Below, piece by piece: positions 1 to 9,320 of a stretch of DNA of 64,000 nt. The stretch is taken from positions 1 to 64,000 of the IMG/VR virus record IMGVR_UViG_3300025108_000015, one strand, 5' to 3'. How positions within the stretch are numbered: position 1 is the first letter of the stretch; every line of letters begins with the position of its first letter. The notes below the pieces were generated by a model that saw nothing but the letters and a program-made list of their open reading frames with translations, did no database searches and was not told the origin of the DNA. The DNA comes from a virus. The position numbers and the translations under genes were made by a program.

Positions 1-765
1 AAGGCGTTCAAGGCCCTAAAGGTGTTCAAGGTGGAGTAGGTGATGAAGGTGCAGTAGGTGAATCACCTAAAGGTCAAAAAGGTGAAACGGGTGCTCAAGG
101 ACCATCAGGTATTTCAGGTGATAGTGGAAATAAAGGTATTCAAGGTTCTAAAGGTGTTCAAGGTCCTAAAGGTATAAAAGGTATAATTGGATTATCACCT
201 AAAGGTCAAAAAGGTGAAACTGGCGGTCAAGGTCCTAAAGGTGTTCAAGGTCCTAAAGGCGTTCAAGGCCCTAAAGGTGTTCAAGGTGGAGTAGGTGATG
301 AAGGTGCAGTAGGTGAATCACCTAAAGGTCAAAAAGGTGAAACGGGTGCTCAAGGACCATCAGGTATTTCAGGTGATAGTGGTGATAAGGGTGTTCAAGG
401 TTCTAAAGGTATTCAAGGTCCTAAAGGTATAAAGGGTATAATTGGATTATCACCTAAAGGTCAAAAAGGTGAAACTGGTGGTCAAGGTCCTAAAGGTGTT
501 CAAGGTCCTAAAGGCGTTCAAGGCCCTAAAGGTGTTCAAGGTGGAGTAGGTGATGAAGGTGCAGTAGGTGAATCACCTAAAGGTCAAAAAGGTGAAACGG
601 GTGCTCAAGGACCATCAGGTATTTCAGGTGATAGTGGTGATAAAGGTATTCAAGGTTCTAAAGGTATTCAAGGTCCTAAAGGTATAAAAGGTATAATTGG
701 ATTATCACCTAAAGGTCAAAAAGGTGAAACTGGCGGTCAAGGTCCTAAAGGTGTTCAAGGTCATA
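1..765 (+). repeat. Three near-identical 255-nt tandem repeats (85 aa) within the collagen gene
   Basis: aaggcgttcaaggccctaaaggtgttcaaggtggagtagg recurs at 1 and 256 and 511; the third unit diverges near its end. Confidence 0.92.
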
Positions 766-1022
766 AAGGTGCTCAAGGTCCTAAAGGTATACAAGGCAAT
801 ACTGGTGGTGAGGGTCAAAAAGGCCAGACTGGCGCTTCACCACTTGGTGAAACTGGTTCTAAAGGTCAACAAGGTGGTGTTGGTGATAAAGGTAACCAGT
901 TATCGGGTGGATATTTTGAATGGGATGAGTCTTTAGATAAGTTGGTATTCAAAGAATATGGTTATTCAAGTGGTGACCCTCTTTATGTAGTAGAAACTTA
1001 CTTCAGTGGTTCATCTTATTAA
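3..1022 (+). CDS. Collagen-like (Gly-X-Y) fibre protein, 5'-truncated by the window edge; probable tail or head fibre
   Basis: Not in the ORF track. The frame starting at nt 3 is open to TAA 1020-1022 and reads GVQGPKGVQGGVGDEGAVGESPKGQKGETGAQGPSGISGDSGNKGIQGSK..., ending in a ~43-aa non-collagen tail (GNQLSGGYFEWDESLDKLVFKEYGYSSGDPLYVVETYFSGSSY). Confidence 0.93.
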   Translation, partial: GVQGPKGVQGGVGDEGAVGESPKGQKGETGAQGPSGISGDSGNKGIQGSKGVQGPKGIKGIIGLSPKGQKGETGGQGPKGVQGPKGVQGPKGVQGGVGDEGAVGESPKGQKGETGAQGPSGISGDSGDKGVQGSKGIQGPKGIKGIIGLSPKGQKGETGGQGPKGVQGPKGVQGPKGVQGGVGDEGAVGESPKGQKGETGAQGPSGISGDSGDKGIQGSKGIQGPKGIKGIIGLSPKGQKGETGGQGPKGVQGHKGAQGPKGIQGNTGGEGQKGQTGASPLGETGSKGQQGGVGDKGNQLSGGYFEWDESLDKLVFKEYGYSSGDPLYVVETYFSGSSY

Positions 1023-1057
1023 ATAAATTTTCATATTTATAGTAAATAAGTTTAGTT

Positions 1058-1657
1058 ATGGAAAAGAATTTTAATTTTAGTGATAGTTCACGTAGCTTTG
1101 TAGACTACTCAAATTACTACTGGTTTAAAGATGGGTTTACTACTACCGAACTCGTTGATATAGAATCCCTCACAACTAATTTGGATTGGGTAGACGCTCA
1201 AACTGGTCAAGATGTTAAATCCAAAATCACCGATTATAGAAAATCAAAAATTAAATGGTGTCCACAATCAGACGAGTGGTATTGGGTATACGAAAAGTTG
1301 TCTGATATGATTAAGACCGCTAATAAAACCATGTGGGACTTTGAATTAACTCAAATGAGAGAGCAAATTCAATATACCGAATATTATAGTGGTGGTGGTC
1401 AGTACGACTGGCATATGGATTGTGGTATTGGTATACAAAACCAACGGAAGGTCTCAGTAACTGTTCAATTATCCGACCCATCTGAATATGAGGGTGGTGA
1501 TTTACAATTTAATATTGGTGGTAGTTGGATTACAGCACCACGTATAAAGGGAGCTGCTGTTATTTTTCCATCATTCTTTCTACACAGAGTAACACCTATA
1601 ACTAAAGGTACACGAAAGTCCTTTGTATTGTGGGTGGGTGGTGAACCATTTAAATAA
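1058..1657 (+). CDS. 2OG-Fe(II) oxygenase (PKHD/prolyl-hydroxylase-like)
   Basis: HxD (WHMD), distal His (FLHRVTP), Arg (GTRKS), YEGGDL motif. Confidence 0.9.
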   Translation: MEKNFNFSDSSRSFVDYSNYYWFKDGFTTTELVDIESLTTNLDWVDAQTGQDVKSKITDYRKSKIKWCPQSDEWYWVYEKLSDMIKTANKTMWDFELTQMREQIQYTEYYSGGGQYDWHMDCGIGIQNQRKVSVTVQLSDPSEYEGGDLQFNIGGSWITAPRIKGAAVIFPSFFLHRVTPITKGTRKSFVLWVGGEPFK

Positions 1658-1664
1658 ATAAAAT

Positions 1665-3359
1665 ATGAAGGTATTATTTGTATCAGGTTATCAAAAATCT
1701 AAATGGTCATTAGATACTTGGATTAACGAAGGTGCTGGTGGCACTGAGTATATGGTACTCAAATTAGCACACTTCTTCAAGTTAAACGGCCATGACGTTG
1801 TAGTTACTGGTGAAGTTGACACGGCCAACATCGATGGTGTTGACTATGTAGATTACGAGATACTTTCCAAAAAATATAAAAATAATAAATTTGATATTGT
1901 AATATGTACTAACTATATTCATTATATATTAGAGTTAGCTGAACATAATATTACATACGACAAATCTTACTTTTGGATTCATAATAATGAATACTATCCG
2001 TGGTGGAATGGTATGACATTAGACAACGATGGTTATGATTTCTTCTTAGATGATAGAATGACCAATATCGTATTGGTATCGAATTACCAAAAGGAAATAT
2101 TCTTAAAAAAATATCCTGAGTTAGAACACAAAGTCTTAGTAATCCCAAATGGTATAGACTTATCAGATTGGAGTGGTATATCTAACGAAAAGATACCAAA
2201 TAGATTTATATACTCATCAGCTCCAGATAGAGGATTAAAAACCCTACTAAGAATGTGGCCGAAGATAAAGGCGTTGTACTCAGACGCTACATTGATAGTA
2301 ACCTCACCACCATATGCACTTGAGTGGTATGATTCGTATAAAGATGATTTAGATGGTGTTACATTTTACGATGGGTTATCTCCAAAAAAATTATACAATG
2401 AGATTTCTAAATCCGAATATTGGCTGTACCCATCCAAGTATGATGAGACATTTTGTATAACGGCATTAGAAATGATGCAAGGTGGTGTTAAGATATTAAC
2501 AACTGATACTGGTAATCTTTTATCACTAATACAGGGGTGTGGTATAATCGAACCATCATCTAAAAAAGATAGTGATTTAGAAAGTTCACTTATACAACAA
2601 ATTGGTAGGTTGAAAAATTCACCATCACTATCTTCTAAAATATTAGATAATTCTAAAAATAAAGTAAAGCAATTTGACTTTCCAAAGATATATAAGAAAT
2701 GGATAGATACAATAGAGTTTAAAGTTATGCCTGATAAACTACATCCAGAATTGTATACATATTATGATAACGCTCATTCTTGGAAAGAACGATTCATAAC
2801 ATACTCAGCTAAAACTAAAGAATGGGATTTGATTGTAGATGAACCATTTACAAATACATTCTCATTTCCATTATTTACTCCTGAGTTTTGTAAAATGATT
2901 AGGGAAGAAGCTGAGTATGCAGATGCTTGGACAGTTGATAGGCATGAAAATTATCCAACCACTGATATGATATTAGAAACTATTGGAATGCAGGACATTT
3001 ATATGGATGTTCTAAAAGAGTATGTCATGCCACTTTCGATTCATATGTGGGAATTGGAAGGTAAGGGTTGGGATAACCTAACATCAGAAAACTTTTTAGC
3101 CAGATACACGCCAAATGCTCAAGGTCATTTATCAATACACCATGATATGTCTGACATTACGTGTTTAGTACAATTATCAAACCTCACTGAATATGAGGGT
3201 GGTGGTACATGGTTCAGACGACAAAAACAATTATTAAAAAATGATATAGGGTATGTAACTTTACATCCTGGAAATATAACCCATAAACATGGGGCAAGAG
3301 CGGTATCGTCAGGTAAAAGATATATCATAGTTTCCTTTATGAGAAATACGGAAAGATAA
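1665..3359 (+). CDS. GT4 (GT-B) glycosyltransferase fused to a PLOD-like procollagen lysyl hydroxylase domain
   Basis: N-half has GAGGTE, YSSAPDRGL and E-x7-E (ETFCITALE). From ~nt 2727: LHPELYTYYDNAHSWKERFI, FPLFTPEFC, ENYPTTDM, FLARYTP, IHHDMS, YEGGGTWF, HPGNITHKHG and KRYIIVSF, collinear with the recalled PLOD C-terminal domain. Confidence 0.88.
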   Translation: MKVLFVSGYQKSKWSLDTWINEGAGGTEYMVLKLAHFFKLNGHDVVVTGEVDTANIDGVDYVDYEILSKKYKNNKFDIVICTNYIHYILELAEHNITYDKSYFWIHNNEYYPWWNGMTLDNDGYDFFLDDRMTNIVLVSNYQKEIFLKKYPELEHKVLVIPNGIDLSDWSGISNEKIPNRFIYSSAPDRGLKTLLRMWPKIKALYSDATLIVTSPPYALEWYDSYKDDLDGVTFYDGLSPKKLYNEISKSEYWLYPSKYDETFCITALEMMQGGVKILTTDTGNLLSLIQGCGIIEPSSKKDSDLESSLIQQIGRLKNSPSLSSKILDNSKNKVKQFDFPKIYKKWIDTIEFKVMPDKLHPELYTYYDNAHSWKERFITYSAKTKEWDLIVDEPFTNTFSFPLFTPEFCKMIREEAEYADAWTVDRHENYPTTDMILETIGMQDIYMDVLKEYVMPLSIHMWELEGKGWDNLTSENFLARYTPNAQGHLSIHHDMSDITCLVQLSNLTEYEGGGTWFRRQKQLLKNDIGYVTLHPGNITHKHGARAVSSGKRYIIVSFMRNTER

Positions 3360-3404
3360 CCTACATACTATTTATATAATGACTAATAGTATTTAGGAGC
3401 ATAA

Positions 3405-4568
3405 ATGTCAGTAAACATTCCAATTTGGCCAGGTTCAGGCTCATTCGCAAGTGGTTCATCAACTCCATTTGGGTATTTTGATAGTGATACACAATTCCAA
3501 TCAGATGCCCCCAAAGTGGCTGAGTGGTGTGCTAAACGTTTGGGTTACCCTATAATCGATATTGAATTACAAGATATCAATATGTTCGCTTGCCTCGAAG
3601 AAGCTGTAAGTGAGTATTCATCTCAAGTAAACCAATATAGAGCAAAAGAGAATATGTTATCTATTCAAGGTTCTGACTTGGATTTGGATTTGACAAATAC
3701 AAATATGAACGCTAATATGCAAAACTTAGTAAATATTGCTAAGGATTATGGTACTGAGGCACTTAGTGGTGGTAAAGTAACAGTATATACTGGTTCATTT
3801 GAAATGGTTGCAGGTCAACAAATTTATGACCTTGGTGATGATAATAACGTAAACTTAGAAAATGGTGTAATTGCAAATGGTGTAACGCTTCGTAGAGTAT
3901 ACCACACACAACCACCAGCAATCATTAGATACTTTGACCCATTCGTAGGTACTGGTATGGGTTCACAACAAATGATGGAAACCTTTGGGTGGGGTAACTA
4001 CTCGCCAGGTGTTTCTTTTATGATGCAACCAATGTTTGATGACCTTTTAAGACTTCAAGCAATAGAATTCAACGATAAGATTCGTAAATCATCATATGGA
4101 TTCCATGTTGATGGTCAGAGAATTAGACTATATCCAATTCCAAGTGGTGGTGATACTGGCGCTAAGGTGTATTTTGATTATACATTAGATAGTGAGGTAA
4201 ATTCACCAATAGCAAACTCAAACGTAGTGAGTGATTTGTCTAACGCTCCATTTGGAAGATTAGTATACTCAAATATCAATTCATCAGGTAAACAATGGAT
4301 TGCTAGATACTCATTAGCATTGGCTAAAGAGATGTTAGGTGCAGTTCGTTCTAAGTTTTCTTCTATACCAATACCGGGTGCTGATGTAACACTTGATGGG
4401 TCTGACCTTCGTAACGAAGCATCTGCTGAAAAAGAAGCATTGATGACTCAATTGACTGAAATGTTGGAATCAACATCTCGTAGAGCATTGATGGAAGCGA
4501 GAAAAGAAGAATCGGAGTATTTAGAAGAAACTCTAAATAGAGTACCAAGACCAATTTTTATAGGATAA
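3405..4568 (+). CDS. Neck protein (T4 gp13-like)
   Basis: RLGYPIIDIELQD...ACLEEAVSEY and C-terminal IPGADVTLDG..LRNEA..EKE resemble gp13-like proteins; first gene of the neck-tail block; AGGAG RBS. Confidence 0.7.
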   Translation: MSVNIPIWPGSGSFASGSSTPFGYFDSDTQFQSDAPKVAEWCAKRLGYPIIDIELQDINMFACLEEAVSEYSSQVNQYRAKENMLSIQGSDLDLDLTNTNMNANMQNLVNIAKDYGTEALSGGKVTVYTGSFEMVAGQQIYDLGDDNNVNLENGVIANGVTLRRVYHTQPPAIIRYFDPFVGTGMGSQQMMETFGWGNYSPGVSFMMQPMFDDLLRLQAIEFNDKIRKSSYGFHVDGQRIRLYPIPSGGDTGAKVYFDYTLDSEVNSPIANSNVVSDLSNAPFGRLVYSNINSSGKQWIARYSLALAKEMLGAVRSKFSSIPIPGADVTLDGSDLRNEASAEKEALMTQLTEMLESTSRRALMEARKEESEYLEETLNRVPRPIFIG

Positions 4569-4572
4569 CCAA

Positions 4573-5100
4573 ATGGCACTATTCGGTGGACAACGAGATA
4601 TGGCTCTATTCAATAAAGTGAATAAAGAACTTATCAACGACATTATTGATACTGAAATCTACTATTACCAAGTAGCCTTGACTGATACAAAGTCAAATCT
4701 ATATGGTGAGGGTAAAGATAAGGTATTCAATCAGCCGATTAAAATACCATCTATTATTGAGAGGGGTCAGTCAAGTCAAATATCCGATGATTTCGGCCAA
4801 TCATACTCACGTGAAGTTCAGTTTAGATTTCTTCGTGATACTTTGGTTGAAAAAGCACTTGTGCCAGAGGTTGGTGACGTTATTGAGTGGAATGGTGAGT
4901 ATCATTTAATCGATGCCCAATATTCGTATCAATATGTTGCTGGTAAAAACCCACAAACATGGGATGGCGGTGATTCACAAGGTCTTAATGTATCCATTAT
5001 ATGTGATACACACGTTACACGTCAAACTTCTATCAAATTGGTAGATACTTATAAAGGTAATTCACGACAAAATGATAATGAAGTTCCATTAGGATTGTAA
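4573..5100 (+). CDS. Neck/head-closure protein (T4 gp14-like)
   Basis: Lies between gp13-like and gp15-like genes; LYGE...F and PEVGDVIEW motifs. Confidence 0.6.
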   Translation: MALFGGQRDMALFNKVNKELINDIIDTEIYYYQVALTDTKSNLYGEGKDKVFNQPIKIPSIIERGQSSQISDDFGQSYSREVQFRFLRDTLVEKALVPEVGDVIEWNGEYHLIDAQYSYQYVAGKNPQTWDGGDSQGLNVSIICDTHVTRQTSIKLVDTYKGNSRQNDNEVPLGL

Positions 5101-5101
5101 A

Positions 5102-5938
5102 ATGGCTCAAAAGTATAGAAACGAAGACAAATCTAAACCAAACCTTACTCAAACACAATCTTCAACATCAGAAGATGTGAAATTGAATAAGGCAAATCAG
5201 ATACGTAGGGACCAAGACAACGTAAAAAACGTTTCTGTTGGTATTTACGATGTTGATACTGCATTTAAGAACTTTTTAGAGGTAGATATTAAACCTACTG
5301 TTGAAGATGATGGTAGATTTTATCCCGTACCTGTAATGTATGCTTCTCCTGAGAAGTGGGCAAGTTCACAACGTGATGGTTTTATGAAAGACGATAACGG
5401 AATGTTATTAACACCTGTTATATCGTTCAAACGAAATAATCTTTCAATAAACACCGATTTAGCTAAATTAAAAGTAGCACAAAACGAAGATGCTCATCAA
5501 ATGTTCGAGAGAACGTATAGTAAGACCAATAGATACGACCAATTCTCAATATTAACTGGTCAATCTCCTAAAAAAGAATATATGTCGGTTGAAAGACCTG
5601 ATTATGTAAATTTAGAGTATGAAGTAGTTGTATGGTGTGATTATATGGAACAAGTCAATAAGATTGTTGAACAAATCGTATTTTTCCAAGGACGTTCCTT
5701 TGGTGATAGATATAAATTCCAAATAAAAGGTGAGTCGTATTCATTTGAAACCATATCTGAAATGGGACAAGATAGAATTACACGTGCCAATATCAGTCTT
5801 ACAGCGAAAGCGTATATAATGCCGGAATATGCCGGAATTTCAAATAATACTAAACGTAAGATATCGATAGGTAAGGTTTTGTGGAATACTAATATAACTG
5901 GTGAAAATGATTCTACAATACCGAGTGGTAATCAATAA
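5102..5938 (+). CDS. Tail terminator / sheath stabiliser (T4 gp15-like)
   Basis: VPVMYASPEKW, TPVISF, RPDYVNLEYEVVVW...QVNKIVEQI; precedes the sheath gene. Confidence 0.6.
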   Translation: MAQKYRNEDKSKPNLTQTQSSTSEDVKLNKANQIRRDQDNVKNVSVGIYDVDTAFKNFLEVDIKPTVEDDGRFYPVPVMYASPEKWASSQRDGFMKDDNGMLLTPVISFKRNNLSINTDLAKLKVAQNEDAHQMFERTYSKTNRYDQFSILTGQSPKKEYMSVERPDYVNLEYEVVVWCDYMEQVNKIVEQIVFFQGRSFGDRYKFQIKGESYSFETISEMGQDRITRANISLTAKAYIMPEYAGISNNTKRKISIGKVLWNTNITGENDSTIPSGNQ

Positions 5939-5977
5939 TTTTTACATATTTATATAATACAACAAATATAACAAGTT

Positions 5978-6259
5978 ATGGAAGAAAAGCAAATTATTAA
6001 ATTTACTGAAGACGAAGTAAGTAAAATTCAAACATTACAACAAAAAGTATTAACTATTAATACAAGAGTTGGTGAGGTTGAGATAGAAATAAATGGGTTA
6101 GAAACTGTATTTCAAGAGTTAAAACAACAAAAACAATCTCTTATATCTGAATATAAGCAATTAGGTACTCAAGAAACGGAACTAGCAGTTGAATTAAAAG
6201 AGAAATATGGTGAGGGGACTTATGATATTTCCAAAAATGAGTTCACGCCTACAAAATAA
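5978..6259 (+). CDS. Small coiled-coil hypothetical protein
   Basis: 93-aa E/K/Q-rich heptad-like ORF in its own intergenic setting. Confidence 0.6.
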   Translation: MEEKQIIKFTEDEVSKIQTLQQKVLTINTRVGEVEIEINGLETVFQELKQQKQSLISEYKQLGTQETELAVELKEKYGEGTYDISKNEFTPTK

Positions 6260-6329
6260 GTAGTCGTTTAGTTATTTTTTAATGTATTTATAATAAGGAA
6301 AACCGAAATTTATATTTTAGGAGAAGAAA

Positions 6330-8678
6330 ATGGCTGAAAGAATTGTAAGTCCTGGAGTTTTTACAAGAGAAAAAGACCTCTCATTTTTACCACAAGGTAT
6401 TGGTGAGATAGGTGCGGCACTTATCGGACAATCGATAAAGGGCCCTGCTTTCGTACCAACGAAAGTAGAATCATTTCAAGAATTCCAACAAAAATTTGGT
6501 GGTCTTACTGAGGATTCATATCTTCCGTATACCGCTCAATCGTATTTAGAAGAAGCAGGTACTGCAACTATCGTAAGAGTATTAGGTAAAGATGGATATA
6601 CCGCAAAACCAATCGCATTGGTAGTATCTTCATCAGCTGGTCAAAAGGTAGGTGCTTTACTACATCCGACTACTACTTTAGGTAGTGGTGATTTTGACGA
6701 CAGTATCATTACCGGTGTTAGTGCTTCTGCATTCTTACTAACCCTAAGTGGTAGTTCAGTAACAAGTGGTAGTGATGATGTAAATGTTAATTCAGCATCA
6801 CTTGACCCGGCAGACGAAAACTATATTACTAAGTTATATGGTTACTCTCCTAAGTCATCTAAAGATGCTTACACTCAATTAAACTTCTCAACATTCCAAG
6901 CAGAATCGCTTGCTAAAGATGGTGAAGTACCAACCGTATCACTTGTTAAAGTGGACGTTGACTATACTAACGCATATTCTGAAGCATCTACTCCATGGAT
7001 TAAATCACAAAAGGTAGCAGGAACTGCTGCTAACTTGATTAAATTCCATACATTATCTCATGGTAACTCTACTAACTACGAATTCAAAGTAGGTATTAGT
7101 AATATCAAACTTGCATCTGAGGTGCCAGGTTCTGAATATGGTACATTTAGTGTTGTAGTACGTAGAGTAGACACTGGAAAGATTCCTAATTCAATTTTCG
7201 GCCAAAGTGTTCAAGATTCTGATACAAGACCAAATATTATAGAAGAATTTCAAGGTGTAAATCTTGACCCTAACTCACCAAACTACATCAAGAGAGTAAT
7301 TGGTGACAAATACATTACAGTTGATGATAATGGTAAATTAACTTCAAATGGTGATTATCCTAACGCATCCGCTCATATTAGAGTATCAGTTTCATCTGAT
7401 GTAGATGCTGGGTCAATCGACTCAACACTTGTACCATTTGGATTTGGTAAATTAACGTCACCATTACACGAAACTTACGACCTACCTTCTCCAACTTATA
7501 ATGTATCTCAGTCACTCGCTGGTGAATATAATAAGAGAGTATTTTTTGGTTATGATTTTGACTTTACGTCAACTGACAACTTAAACTTCCTACAACCACT
7601 TCCAGGTTCAAATGTTGAAAAAGTAGGTAATGACTTTGATTTGGCAGATTGTCACTCAAACGGGTCTACTATTACATTATCATCTGATATAGATGCTAAG
7701 AAGTTCTTAGTTCCATTCCAAGGTGGTTTCGATGGATTCGAACCAAATAGAGTGGTAAATGTAGGTAAGGATATTATTGCCGGTAACAACCAAGGTATGG
7801 ATATGTCATCAGCTACCGCTGCTGGTACATTAGCATATAGAAAAGCTATCAACTCAATCTCTAATCCAGATGAGTTCGATATCAATATGGTAGTACTTCC
7901 AGGTGTAATCAATAGACTACACTCTTCAGTAACCACATTCGCTAAAGATATGTGTGAAGATAGATTAGATTGTTTCTACGTAATGGATGCTGGTGCATAT
8001 CAAGATTCTATTGCAACTGTAAACAACTCACTTACTTCATTCGACTCAAACTATGTTGCTACTTATCACCCATGGGTTAAAATCCTTGATACTGATAAGA
8101 ACAAGCCAGTATGGGTTCCGCCAAGTGTTGTTCTACCAGGCGTTATCGCATTCAATGACTCGGTTGCTGCTGAATGGTACGCTCCCGCTGGTTTGAATCG
8201 TGGTGGTCTTCCAAATGTAATCGAAGTTAAGACACGTCTTACTCACGATGAGAGAGATACACTATATACGGCCCGTATTAACCCAATCGCTACGTTCCCT
8301 GGACAAGGTGCTACGGTATTCGGTCAAAAGACATTACAAGCTAAACCATCAGCATTGGATAGAATCAATGTAAGAAGATTGTTAATCGCAGTTAAGAAAT
8401 ACATCGCATCTTCAACAAGATACTTGGTATTTGAAAATAACACCGCTGCAACAAGAAATAGATTCTTGTCAATCGTTAATCCTTACTTAGAATCAATTCA
8501 ACAAAGACAAGGTTTATACACATTTAAAGTGGTAATGGATGATTCCAACAACACTCCAGATGTGATTGATAGAAACATTATGGTAGGGGAAATTTACTTA
8601 CAACCAACGAAGACTGCTGAATTCATTGTTCTTGATTTCAACATACTTCCAACTGGCGCTGCATTCCCTGAGGCATAA
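6330..8678 (+). CDS. Contractile tail sheath protein (gp18-like)
   Basis: SPGVFTREKDLS at the N-terminus; WVPPS, WYAPAGLNRG, INPIATFPGQG, FGQKTLQ, DRINVRRLL, LQPTKTAEFI. Confidence 0.97.
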   Translation: MAERIVSPGVFTREKDLSFLPQGIGEIGAALIGQSIKGPAFVPTKVESFQEFQQKFGGLTEDSYLPYTAQSYLEEAGTATIVRVLGKDGYTAKPIALVVSSSAGQKVGALLHPTTTLGSGDFDDSIITGVSASAFLLTLSGSSVTSGSDDVNVNSASLDPADENYITKLYGYSPKSSKDAYTQLNFSTFQAESLAKDGEVPTVSLVKVDVDYTNAYSEASTPWIKSQKVAGTAANLIKFHTLSHGNSTNYEFKVGISNIKLASEVPGSEYGTFSVVVRRVDTGKIPNSIFGQSVQDSDTRPNIIEEFQGVNLDPNSPNYIKRVIGDKYITVDDNGKLTSNGDYPNASAHIRVSVSSDVDAGSIDSTLVPFGFGKLTSPLHETYDLPSPTYNVSQSLAGEYNKRVFFGYDFDFTSTDNLNFLQPLPGSNVEKVGNDFDLADCHSNGSTITLSSDIDAKKFLVPFQGGFDGFEPNRVVNVGKDIIAGNNQGMDMSSATAAGTLAYRKAINSISNPDEFDINMVVLPGVINRLHSSVTTFAKDMCEDRLDCFYVMDAGAYQDSIATVNNSLTSFDSNYVATYHPWVKILDTDKNKPVWVPPSVVLPGVIAFNDSVAAEWYAPAGLNRGGLPNVIEVKTRLTHDERDTLYTARINPIATFPGQGATVFGQKTLQAKPSALDRINVRRLLIAVKKYIASSTRYLVFENNTAATRNRFLSIVNPYLESIQQRQGLYTFKVVMDDSNNTPDVIDRNIMVGEIYLQPTKTAEFIVLDFNILPTGAAFPEA

Positions 8679-8725
8679 TTGTAGAATTAGACTATTTATT
8701 AGAAAGAGATAATAGGAGATTATAA

Positions 8726-9214
8726 ATGGCACAGCTATTAGACCCAAATGAAATTATGTTCACCAACTTCGAACCGAAGATGTCAAATCGGTTCATTATG
8801 TATATTGAAGGAATTCCTGCATACTTGGTGAAAACCGCTGCAAGACCTGAAATTACAAATGGTAAGGTGACTATTGACCATATCAACACCCGTAGATATG
8901 TAAAAGGTCGTTCTGAGTGGAGTGACTTATCAGTAACTTTATACGATCCAGTAGTACCATCTGCTGCACAAGCTACTATGGAGTGGGTAAGACTACACCA
9001 CGAATCGGTAACTGGTCGTGATGGTTATTCTGACTTCTACAAAAAAGATATCACATTTAACAGTTTGGGTCCTGTTGGTGATAAAGTAGAAGAGTGGACA
9101 CTAAAAGGAGCATTTATCCAATCTGCTAATTTCTCTGACATGGATTATAGTGGTGAAGATATCGCTACTGTTGAAATGACATTGACTTACGATTACGCAA
9201 TACTACAATACTAA
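8726..9214 (+). CDS. Tail tube protein (gp19-like)
   Basis: 162 aa directly after the sheath; NRFIMYI, W.DLSVTLYD, EEWTLKGAF, TLTYDYA. Confidence 0.92.
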   Translation: MAQLLDPNEIMFTNFEPKMSNRFIMYIEGIPAYLVKTAARPEITNGKVTIDHINTRRYVKGRSEWSDLSVTLYDPVVPSAAQATMEWVRLHHESVTGRDGYSDFYKKDITFNSLGPVGDKVEEWTLKGAFIQSANFSDMDYSGEDIATVEMTLTYDYAILQY

Positions 9215-9240
9215 AATATTGATTGTAAAATGAAAACTGA

Positions 9241-9269
9241 AAACCCTCACGTAATTGTGGGGGTTTTTT
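9241..9269 (+). terminator. Intrinsic terminator after the tail tube gene
   Basis: aaaccctcac-gtaatt-gtgggggttt followed by further T residues. Confidence 0.8.
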
Positions 9270-9320
9270 AATTTAAAAATAATACTTATATAAGGTTAAC
9301 CAAATAATAAAGGAGAATAT

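Noticed and set aside
1-765. 255-nt tandem repeats as a CRISPR array or non-coding satellite
   Set aside because: The repeats are contiguous with no unique spacers and keep an open Gly-X-Y frame.
697-936. Track ORF of 79 aa (MDYHLKVKKV...)
   Set aside because: It is an out-of-frame shadow of the collagen repeat; the Gly-X-Y frame (3-1022) is the real gene.
1-3359. Giant-virus (NCLDV) or eukaryotic origin suggested by collagen plus PLOD
   Set aside because: The block is contiguous with gp13/14/15/18/19-like tail genes, bacterial-type terminators and SD sites, and a T4-like replisome.
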